Shown here piece after piece: positions 18,610-26,014 of a stretch of DNA of 52,643 nt. The translations under genes and the position numbers were made by a program. The stretch is from an uncultured Oscillospiraceae bacterium (lineage in GTDB: Bacteria; Bacillota; Clostridia; Oscillospirales; Oscillospiraceae), in assembly GCA_964515275.1 (NCBI GenBank), contig CAZESU010000002.1:1-52643 (forward strand). The letters run 5' to 3'. The number at the start of each line of letters is the position of its first letter. The stretch's first letter is position 1. The notes beneath the pieces are model-generated. The model was not told the DNA's origin, ran no database searches, and saw nothing but the letters and a program-made list of their open reading frames with translations.

Positions 18610-19047
18610 ATGGCAGACTACAAAGACATTATCGCAGGAACCATCGGCAACATCGTGGGCAAGGTCAAGGAAGTGGCCGAGTCCGGCACCGTCCGGGACA
18701 TCTACGACAAAGGCGCAAGCCGCGCCAAGTCCTACACCCGTATTGCAAAACTGACTCTGGAGATGAACGGCGAGAGCGAGGAGCTGAAGCGGGTCTATAC
18801 CGAGATCGGCAAGCTGTATTATGAGCAGGCCAAGGATGCCCCCGAGGGCTTCTTCGCCCCCCTGTTCAGCCAGGTGAAGGAGATCAGCGACAGCATCGTC
18901 GCCAAAGAGGAAGAGATCAACACCATGAAGGCTGAGTTTGAGGCCGAGTGTGCCGCTGCCGACATCGACGTGGAGATCGGCGAGTTTGACGACATCGTGG
19001 ACGCCACCGAGTCTGACGGAACCAGCGAAGACAAGACCGAAGAGTAA
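18610..19047 (+). CDS. Conserved hypothetical soluble protein with an acidic C-terminus
   Basis: 145 aa. Strong AAGGAGG RBS. Coiled-coil-like middle and a D/E-rich tail. No family recognised. Confidence 0.6.
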   Translation: MADYKDIIAGTIGNIVGKVKEVAESGTVRDIYDKGASRAKSYTRIAKLTLEMNGESEELKRVYTEIGKLYYEQAKDAPEGFFAPLFSQVKEISDSIVAKEEEINTMKAEFEAECAAADIDVEIGEFDDIVDATESDGTSEDKTEE

Positions 19048-19056
19048 ATCCAATCC

Positions 19057-19093
19057 AAACGAGGCCGCAGGCAAAAACCTGCGGCCTCGTTTC
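19057..19093. terminator. Bidirectional rho-independent terminator
   Basis: AAACGAGGCCGCAGG-CAAAAA-CCTGCGGCCTCGTTT, between convergent genes. Confidence 0.8.
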
Positions 19094-19099
19094 TTATGT

Positions 19100-19804
19100 T
19101 CAGGCGCCGTAGAAGGAGAGCTGGCTCTCCGCGTCAGCAATCACCTTGTGGGTCCGGTCCAGCGCGGTCTCCAGGTTCCGGTTCAGAATATCCCGATACA
19201 GATCCAGCTTCAGTTCGTACATTTTCTGGATACCGTTGCGTTTGCAATAGAGGCACCACAGATAAATCCCCTGCTCATGGAAGGAATAATAAAGCAGCGG
19301 AAGCAGGTTGTTCCCGGAGAGCACGGCGATCTCGTGATAAAACAGAAATACCCGGTCGGCCGCCTCCTCGTTGTCCCTTGCCGTTCGGATGGATTCCAGA
19401 ATCGGTGCAAGCCTCTCCAACTCTTCCTCCGTACATTTTTCGATCACCAGCTTCAGCGCCAGCCGCTCGCAGGCCTCCCGGACCTCCAGCAGAGAGCGGA
19501 CTTCATTTTTTCGCAGGGCGCCCCGGTTGTAGCGCATGATGGCCACCAGTGTCTCCATGGAACCCTTGCGGCGGTAATCGCAGATATATACCCCCTGCCG
19601 GGGCCGGATCTCCACAAAGCCAAGCTTTTCCAGCTCCGCAAGCCCCGCATTGATCACCGGGCGCGAAACCCCCATTTTGGCGGACAGCTCCCGTTCAGGG
19701 GGCAGCTTCTCCCCGACGGAAAGCTCCCCGGACAAAATCATGTTCTCAATCTGCTGCACAAACATATCCTGAAGAGAAAGCGCCTTGATTTTCGTGTACC
19801 CCAT
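19100..19804 (-). CDS. GntR/FadR-family transcriptional regulator
   Basis: 234 aa. N-terminal winged HTH (GEKLPPERELSAKMGVSRPVINAGLAELEKLGFVEIRPRQG) and a helical FCD-type C-terminal domain. Confidence 0.88.
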   Translation of the reverse strand: MGYTKIKALSLQDMFVQQIENMILSGELSVGEKLPPERELSAKMGVSRPVINAGLAELEKLGFVEIRPRQGVYICDYRRKGSMETLVAIMRYNRGALRKNEVRSLLEVREACERLALKLVIEKCTEEELERLAPILESIRTARDNEEAADRVFLFYHEIAVLSGNNLLPLLYYSFHEQGIYLWCLYCKRNGIQKMYELKLDLYRDILNRNLETALDRTHKVIADAESQLSFYGA

Positions 19805-19972
19805 ATCACACCTCCCTGTCTGTGGCTATCTGGCTATGCCAATAACCACAGTTTTTATATTACCGTCAGCATGAAAAAAAGTAAAGCCTTTTTTTCAGCA
19901 ATTCTCCGATTTATTTTTTTGGCAGTGCTGAAAACTTGACAAAAGAATAACTTGAGGTGCATCATAGAAAAA

Positions 19973-19989
19973 ACGTGGCATATCCACGT
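19973..19989. promoter_or_regulatory. Candidate operator: perfect palindrome ACGTGG-N5-CCACGT
   Basis: Seen directly. It lies between a TTGACA box (19936-19941) and the RBS of the CrtI-like gene, in the region divergent from the GntR gene. Confidence 0.45.
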
Positions 19990-20023
19990 AACGAAGCACA
20001 AAAAAATAAAGGAGGACGCAAGT

Positions 20024-21565
20024 ATGAGCAAATACGATGCCGTCGTTATCGGCGCCGGAAACGGCGGATTGGCGGCGGCCTGCCGGCTGGCAAAGGCCGG
20101 GAAGAAAACCCTGCTGGTAGAGCAGCACAACCTGCCGGGCGGCGTTGCTTCCAGCTTCAAAAGAGGACGCTTTGAATTTGAGACCGCCCTGCACGAGCTT
20201 TGTGAATTTGGCTCGGCGGAAAACCCCGGCAATACCCGGAAGACCATCGTCAACGACTTCGGCCTGGATATCAACTGGTGCTTGGTTCCGGACAATTTCC
20301 GGGTGATCACCACGGCCAGCGACGGGAAGACCCCCATCGACGCAACGCTCCCCTGCGGCAGAGAGAACTTTATCAACAAGATGGAGGAACTGGTCCCCGG
20401 CTGCCGGCCGTCGGTGGAGGCCTTCTTCGACCTGGGTGCGGAGACTCTGGCTGCGGGCAATTACCAGCTGTCCTGCAACGGCCACCCTGACAGCAAATAC
20501 ATGCAGAAGCACTTCCCCAACTATCTGCGCACCGGGGCCTACCCGGTCAACAAGGTCTTCAAAGCTCTGAAAATGCCGCCTCTGGCCCAGGACATCATGA
20601 ACACCTATTGGGGCTATCTGGGCGTGGACGCGGACCATCTCAACTTCGTGCAGTATGTGAACATGGTGTGTCTGTACGTCAATTTCGGGGCGTGGATTCC
20701 GGAGAAGACCAGCAACCAGCTCACCACCGGTCTGGCGGAATGCTTCCGGAAAATGGGCGGCACCCTCTGGTATAACTGCCGGGCCGAGCAGATCCTCTTT
20801 GACGAAAAGGATCATGTGTGCGGTCTGCTGCTCCATAACGGGGAAAAAATCGAGACACGCTACATTCTCTGCAATGCCAATCCCTCCATGGTCTATGCGA
20901 ACATGGTTCCGGCCCGCCTGATTCCGGAAAAGGATAAAAAGCTTCTGTCCGCGCGCCGCTTTTCTGCCCGCATGTTCGTGGTCTACATGGGGCTGAACAA
21001 GTCGGCGGAGGAACTGGGAATCCATGATTACAGCATCTTCCTCCCCCAGTCCGCAGACTCCGTGAAAGAATATGAGTCGCTGAAAAGCATGGATACCAAC
21101 CAGTACGATATCTTCCTGTGCTACAACGTGGTCAACCCCAAGGCCAGCCCCGAGGGGACCTGCATCGTCTCTCTGACCACCTGCTACATGGAGGACTGCT
21201 GGAGCAAGGTAGAGCCCCGGGATTATGTTGCGACCAAGAACCGCATCGCCCGGCAGATGATTGAGCGGACGGAGCGGCGGCTCGGCCTCTCTCTGATCCC
21301 CTACATTGAGGAGTTTGAGGTCGCCACCCCCTGGACCGTGTGCCGCTATGCCCAGACGCCCCAGGGCGCTGCCTACGGCTATGAGTTGCGGGACTGGGAC
21401 AGCATGATGCCCAGAATGATGATGATGCGGGAGGAATACCCGCTGGAGGGACTGCGCTTTGTAGGTGCCTCCAGTATCCGGGGCGACGGGTACAATTCCG
21501 CCATCTTCAGCGGGGACACCATGGCCAAACTCACCATAGGGGATTTAGACAGGGAGGGCAACTGA
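20024..21565 (+). CDS. FAD-dependent oxidoreductase of the phytoene-desaturase (CrtI)/amine-oxidase superfamily
   Basis: 513 aa from MSKYDAVVIGAGNGGLAAACRLAKAGKKTLLVEQHNLPGG (Rossmann GxGxxG; AGGAGG RBS at 20010-20016). C-terminal FVGASSIRGDGYNSAIFSG is typical of the family. Confidence 0.8.
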   Translation: MSKYDAVVIGAGNGGLAAACRLAKAGKKTLLVEQHNLPGGVASSFKRGRFEFETALHELCEFGSAENPGNTRKTIVNDFGLDINWCLVPDNFRVITTASDGKTPIDATLPCGRENFINKMEELVPGCRPSVEAFFDLGAETLAAGNYQLSCNGHPDSKYMQKHFPNYLRTGAYPVNKVFKALKMPPLAQDIMNTYWGYLGVDADHLNFVQYVNMVCLYVNFGAWIPEKTSNQLTTGLAECFRKMGGTLWYNCRAEQILFDEKDHVCGLLLHNGEKIETRYILCNANPSMVYANMVPARLIPEKDKKLLSARRFSARMFVVYMGLNKSAEELGIHDYSIFLPQSADSVKEYESLKSMDTNQYDIFLCYNVVNPKASPEGTCIVSLTTCYMEDCWSKVEPRDYVATKNRIARQMIERTERRLGLSLIPYIEEFEVATPWTVCRYAQTPQGAAYGYELRDWDSMMPRMMMMREEYPLEGLRFVGASSIRGDGYNSAIFSGDTMAKLTIGDLDREGN

Positions 21566-21566
21566 T

Positions 21567-22781
21567 ATGTCACTGCATGTTAAAATCAGTCTCTTCGGCT
21601 TTATGGATATGCTCAAGTTCAAGAACCTTGCCAAAGTCAGAAGAGCAAAAATTGAATCTCTGGAAGCAAAAGAACTGCCGAAGACGCTGGAAACTAATGA
21701 AAAGGCCAAATTCATGCACCCTTGCCGTCAGGAGGTGCTTGTAAAGGAAAAGCGGAAAAACGGTTCTGATGCCGTGACTGTGGTTCTGGCCTCGCCGAAT
21801 GGAAAGCCTCTGGCGCCCTTCCGGGCCGGCCAGTATATCAGCGTCACCGTAAATGCCGGAAAAAGCAAGACTACCCGCTCCTATTCCCTGTGCAGCAGCC
21901 CTGAGGAAGCCTGGAACGGCATCTATAATATCACTGTGAAACGGGTGGAGGACGACGGCTTCGTCTCCCAATTCATTCAGGACGAGTGGCAGGAGGGCCA
22001 GATCATTTCCATCTCCGCACCTCAGGGTCATCTCTATTATGAACCCATCCGGGACGAGCGAAAGGTGCTTGCGCTGGCAGGCGGATCCGGAATCACCCCC
22101 TTTATGGGGATGGCCAAGGCGATCCGGGACGGCTGGGAGGACTTTGACCTGACGGTAATGTACGGCTCCCGCACGGAAGCGGACATCCTCTATAAAAAGG
22201 AGCTGGATGAGATTTCGGCCGCCTGCAGCAAGGTCCATGTGGTCTATGTGCTCTCCGACGAGGAGAGGGCGGGCTATGAAAAAGGCTTCCTCACAGCCGA
22301 GCTGATTCAAAAATACGCCGCCGGTCAGAAGGTCAGCATCTTTATGTGCGGCCCCCAGGCCATGTATAACTTCCTGGACGGCGAGACCGCCAAATTGGGT
22401 CTTGACCAAAAGCATGTGCGGAGAGAACTGTTCGGTATGATCAAAGACCCCTGGAACCAGCCGGACTATCCCCCGCAGATCAGGAACCGGAGCTTTCGGG
22501 TGAAGGTTCTGCAATTGGGAAAGGAATACGAACTCACGGCCTCCTCCGATGAGCCGCTGCTGACCGCCTTTGACCGGGCGGGACTTGCCGCGCCGTCCCG
22601 CTGCCGCTCCGGCGAGTGCGGCTGGTGCCGCTCCCGCCTGCTCTCCGGGCAGGTGTATGTGCCGGAGATCACTGACGGTCGCCGCGCCGCCGATATAGAC
22701 TTCGGTTATATTCACCCCTGCTCCTCTTTTGCCATGTCCGACCTGGTGGTGGACGTCCCCGGTCAGTACCAGAGCAAATAA
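21567..22781 (+). CDS. Ferredoxin-NAD(P) reductase-like flavoprotein with a C-terminal plant-type 2Fe-2S ferredoxin domain
   Basis: 404 aa. FAD motif RSYSLCSSP, NAD motif LAGGSGITPF and cluster cysteines CRSGECGWCRSRLLSG. The start is 1 nt after the upstream stop. The exact start is uncertain, since internal Met codons are also possible. Confidence 0.8.
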   Translation: MSLHVKISLFGFMDMLKFKNLAKVRRAKIESLEAKELPKTLETNEKAKFMHPCRQEVLVKEKRKNGSDAVTVVLASPNGKPLAPFRAGQYISVTVNAGKSKTTRSYSLCSSPEEAWNGIYNITVKRVEDDGFVSQFIQDEWQEGQIISISAPQGHLYYEPIRDERKVLALAGGSGITPFMGMAKAIRDGWEDFDLTVMYGSRTEADILYKKELDEISAACSKVHVVYVLSDEERAGYEKGFLTAELIQKYAAGQKVSIFMCGPQAMYNFLDGETAKLGLDQKHVRRELFGMIKDPWNQPDYPPQIRNRSFRVKVLQLGKEYELTASSDEPLLTAFDRAGLAAPSRCRSGECGWCRSRLLSGQVYVPEITDGRRAADIDFGYIHPCSSFAMSDLVVDVPGQYQSK

Positions 22782-22796
22782 GTCCATAAAAGCCAA

Positions 22797-22836
22797 AACC
22801 GCCCGAAGGGATTTCCTTTCGGGCGGTCTGCTTTCT
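22797..22836. terminator. Rho-independent terminator between convergent genes
   Basis: ACCGCCCGAAGGGA-TT-TCCTTTCGGGCGGT (one G-T pair) followed by a T-rich tract. Confidence 0.7.
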
Positions 22837-22858
22837 TGTAACGGAAGGAAACAACGGC

Positions 22859-23501
22859 CTATCCCGCCACCGGCGGGCGGCCGGCGGCGGCGAATACCTC
22901 ATCTACGTTGAAAAACAACTCGTTCAAGATGTCCCTGTAATAGGTCATGGAGTAGCCGCCGATCTCCATGCGGGACAAGAGGGCATAGTCCGGGTTGATC
23001 TCGTTATACACCCTTCTGTCCACAGTGCAGTAGATCTCATACTAAAACTTATTAAAATGGTTAAAAACCGTTTTATAGTGCGAAGCGCGTTAAGTTTTTA
23101 TGAGACGTAAATTGTGCCTACGGCACAATTTGAGCGTGCACAGCACGTGGGATTTTTGATTAAACTTTTTAATCAAAAATCAGTATCAAAGCCCGCGTCG
23201 GGAATACACTGCAGGGTGGGCTGCTGCACCCGGTAGCCAAGGGGAGCAATGAAGAGTCTGATCTTCCCGATACAGGGCTTCACATGATCCACCCATTTAT
23301 TGATGTCATAGCTGATCTTCTCTACCGTACAGCCGGAATTATAACCGCCCATGGGGGTAAGCTTATCCGTGAAGATCCGCTCCGGCTAGACAATCAGGCT
23401 GTGGAAAAAGATGTGGCGCACATCCCCCGTATAGCCCAAGGCTGTCCATCTCCGCATGGATGGTGGCACACGCCGCCATGCGCAAGACGCAGCTTTTTCA
23501 T
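22859..23501 (-). pseudogene. Disrupted ORF (possibly polysaccharide-deacetylase-like): in-frame TAG plus a MITE insertion
   Basis: Reverse frame reads ...GYTGDVRHIFFHSLIV*PERIFTDKLTPMGGYNSGCTVEKISYDINKWVDHVKPCIGKIRLFIAPLGYRVQQPTLQCIPDAGF [146-bp repeat] EIYCTVDRRVYNEINPDYALLSRMEIGGYSMTYYRDILNELFFNVDEVFAAAGRPPVAG*. The function call rests only on the HIFFHSLIV.PE..F motif. Confidence 0.6.
23040..23185 (+). mobile_element. MITE-like repeat, copy A (146 bp), flanked by TCA/TCA
   Basis: TACTAAAACTTATTAAAATGGTTAAAAACCGTTTTATAGTGCGAAGCGCGTTAAG...GATTTTTGATTAAACTTTTTAATCAAAAATCAGTA. Flanking TCA at 23037-23039 and 23186-23188. AT-rich against GC-rich surroundings. Confidence 0.85.
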
Positions 23502-23503
23502 GT

Positions 23504-23788
23504 TCATTTATCCTTTTGCGCTGCAAATTGAAAGGTGAAAAATATGGTTGTCACGGACAGAGTCGCTGCTGTGGCCACAATGGCCGCCACGAAGTGGATC
23601 GGCAACACATTTCTGACCAGAAAAACGATTGCCAGAGCCGCAATATCCACAACACTGTGGATGAGATTTGCTGCCAGCATGGCGTTGGCGCTGTTTTTTG
23701 CAAGGCATTTTTTACTGACCCAGGCATTCAGCAGAGCGGCAAGAAAGCCCCACACAGCGCCAAGTAGTATACCGAATACGATATCCAT
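23504..23788 (-). CDS. Small integral membrane protein (about 3 TM), function unknown
   Basis: 94 aa from MDIVFGILLGAVWGFLAALLNAW (ATG 23786-23788, AGGAAA RBS). The longer track ORF extends into non-coding sequence. Confidence 0.55.
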   Translation of the reverse strand: MDIVFGILLGAVWGFLAALLNAWVSKKCLAKNSANAMLAANLIHSVVDIAALAIVFLVRNVLPIHFVAAIVATAATLSVTTIFFTFQFAAQKDK

Positions 23789-23986
23789 ATGTCCCGTTTC
23801 CTTTCTCTTTTTCGGGACGATGGATGGCACCGTCCCCTGCACATGTTTTTTTGTTATTTTACCATATAAGCCGTGCTGTGCCAATCATTCAAAATAAAAA
23901 AATATTTTTTCCCAATTTTCCCCATGCAGCATTTGCCACGTTTATCGCTTCTACTTTTGCAGACAATAACAGCGAGGTGATAAAAA

Positions 23987-24160
23987 ATGAGTCCTAAAGA
24001 ACTTCTTTATATTGAGGACGCTCTTGCGCACACTCAGTTTCTTATGAACCAGTGCCGCAACGCGGCAAATCAACTCTCCGACCCTGTTCTGCGCCAGCAG
24101 GCACAGCAGCTTGTGAATTCCAATCAGAAGCTGTTCACTCAGTTTTACAACCTGATATAA
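23987..24160 (+). CDS. Small helical protein paired with the CotF-like gene (57 aa, below the ORF-track cut-off)
   Basis: My translation: MSPKELLYIEDALAHTQFLMNQCRNAANQLSDPVLRQQAQQLVNSNQKLFTQFYNLI*. GAGGTGA RBS. The stop is 12 nt before the next gene's ATG. Confidence 0.6.
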   Translation: MSPKELLYIEDALAHTQFLMNQCRNAANQLSDPVLRQQAQQLVNSNQKLFTQFYNLI

Positions 24161-24172
24161 GGAGGAAGACCC

Positions 24173-24421
24173 ATGAACGACAAAGACATTATGGAAGGCA
24201 TGCTGCTCACCACCAAAGGCGTATGCGATCTGTATATGCACGGCTCCATCGAGTCCGGCACACCCAATGTTCACCAGGCTTTCAGCACCGCGCTCAACGA
24301 CGCACTGTGCATGCAGAGCAGTATTTACAAGCAGATGTCCGACCGCGGCTGGTACACCAATGAGCAGGCCCAGCCTCAGCGCATCCAGCAGGTCAAGCAG
24401 AAGTTTTCCGCTGTCGGTTAA
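24173..24421 (+). CDS. Spore coat protein F (Coat_F)-like protein
   Basis: 82 aa. DKDIMEGMLLTTKGVCDLYMHGSIESGTPNVHQAFSTALNDALCMQSSIYKQM is typical of Coat_F domains. AGGAGGA RBS. Confidence 0.75.
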   Translation: MNDKDIMEGMLLTTKGVCDLYMHGSIESGTPNVHQAFSTALNDALCMQSSIYKQMSDRGWYTNEQAQPQRIQQVKQKFSAVG

Positions 24422-24433
24422 CATCTGAAAGCC

Positions 24434-24470
24434 AAAACAGACCGGAAAAACTCCGGTCTGTTTCATTTTT
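24434..24470. terminator. Bidirectional rho-independent terminator
   Basis: AAAACAGACCGGA-AAAACT-CCGGTCTGTTT followed by CATTTTT. Confidence 0.75.
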
Positions 24471-24482
24471 ATCTTTTCTATA

Positions 24483-25736
24483 TTATCCGATTACCACGAT
24501 GTTCGGGTCTTCCACCGGCGTTGAGGGTTCTGCAGGTTCCGGTTCAGCGGTCTCCGCAGGCGTTTCCGGCTCCACTGGCACAGGCTCTTCTGAGGGTTCG
24601 GGCTCTGCGGAAGGTTCCGGAGACGGCTCCTCCGGCGTCACGATGGTCTCATTTCCCGATTCGGTGGAGGTAGTCGGAACAGCACTGTAATACCAGGCTC
24701 CTTTCAGATTGCCGCTGGTACACAGCACGGTGCCGCCGGACTTATATACCACATCCAGATTTGCCTCCGTCACCAGGGCATTATAGGGGTTGAGGCACTG
24801 GTTGATCATCTCCAGCCAGGGCTGCAGCTCCACAAAGGTATAGCTGAGACCGTATACCATGTCGGGAGTATTGGGCATGGTATGGAAGTTGATGTCCTCG
24901 CTCTTGCACATAAGCGCCTGACGAATAAAAAACGCAATATTGGCAGCCGACAGATCCGTGTTCATATTTTTTGCAAGTAGGTTTACGACTTCAGAGATGT
25001 TGGGAATATTGCCCAGACTGATAAACTGGTCGGCGGCGGCCTTCAAAAATTTCTGCTGAGTCTCCACGCGGCCCAGATCACCGTTGGCATAGCCGCTGCG
25101 GTAGCGGACAACACCCATGGCCTGTTCGCCGTTCAGGCACTGGTAGCCGGCGTCGATGTGGATGTACAGGTTCTGAGCCGGATCCTCATAGTGCATGGCC
25201 TGGGGCACGTCAAAGTAAATGCCGCCCAGCAGATCCACCGTGTCCACGAACACGTCCAGATCGATCACCGCATAGCAGTCCACATTGAAGCCGATCAGGT
25301 TCCGGATCTGGGTTTTCAACCCGTCGATAGCCACGCCGCCGGAGTTTGCGGTGCCGGCATAGACGGCGTTGATCTTTCTCACCTTCCAGTCCAGATTCAC
25401 CAGCGTATCGCGGGGAATGCTGACAAAGTCCATGGTATGGTTCACAGTGTCCAGCTTGCCCACGATAATGGTGTCGGTATTGCCGTTGCCGTCGTCATTG
25501 CCCACCAGAAGGAAGGTGTATACATCCTGCTGCCTGCCGGGACTGACAGCTTCAATTTCGTCATTGCTGCTGCCGCTCTCGGTGGACACAGCCGTGGGAG
25601 CTTCCGGCTCCACATCGGGAGCTTTCTCCCACAGCATATAAACGCTGTACGCCGCGATCAAAACGATGGCGAAAACGCCCAGCAGAGTCAAAAACGCGCT
25701 GACAAACATGCGCTTATTGTTTTTTTCCTTATGCAT
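24483..25736 (-). CDS. LytR-CpsA-Psr (LCP) family cell-envelope phosphotransferase with a Pro/Glu-rich C-terminal tail
   Basis: 417 aa. N-terminal TM anchor, LCP core FLLVGNDDGNGNTDTIIVGKLDTVNHTMDFVSIPRDTLV, and tail PEEPSPEPSAEPEPSEEPVPVEPETPAETAEPEPAEP. Confidence 0.88.
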   Translation of the reverse strand: MHKEKNNKRMFVSAFLTLLGVFAIVLIAAYSVYMLWEKAPDVEPEAPTAVSTESGSSNDEIEAVSPGRQQDVYTFLLVGNDDGNGNTDTIIVGKLDTVNHTMDFVSIPRDTLVNLDWKVRKINAVYAGTANSGGVAIDGLKTQIRNLIGFNVDCYAVIDLDVFVDTVDLLGGIYFDVPQAMHYEDPAQNLYIHIDAGYQCLNGEQAMGVVRYRSGYANGDLGRVETQQKFLKAAADQFISLGNIPNISEVVNLLAKNMNTDLSAANIAFFIRQALMCKSEDINFHTMPNTPDMVYGLSYTFVELQPWLEMINQCLNPYNALVTEANLDVVYKSGGTVLCTSGNLKGAWYYSAVPTTSTESGNETIVTPEEPSPEPSAEPEPSEEPVPVEPETPAETAEPEPAEPSTPVEDPNIVVIG

Positions 25737-26014
25737 AGTATATGCCTTTCTTTGATTGATACGGGAATATTATAATACGTATTTTTGAATAATCCATAAA
25801 CAGGCGGACAAAATTGCCTTAATATTTCTGAAGAAACATCTTTTGGATGATTATAACCGAAGCCAGGGTATTTTATATCTCTTCCCGAGGGCAAAAAGCG
25901 TTTTATGTTCCCATATAACAAAGCGAAAAGCAACTCTGATTTACATCAGCGTTGCTCTGTTGTTATATCGGGCGCCCTAAAAGCAGCCTTTTTCGTTTAA
26001 CCAATATCAACTCT

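Noticed and set aside
19895-22796. Minus-strand ORFs 19895-21025 (376 aa) and 21570-22796 (408 aa)
   Set aside because: They are antisense to the CrtI-like and FNR-like genes, which have unambiguous cofactor motifs.
23951-24466. 171-aa minus-strand ORF
   Set aside because: The plus strand carries two RBS-preceded genes, one with a Coat_F signature, plus a terminator. The minus ORF is their shadow.
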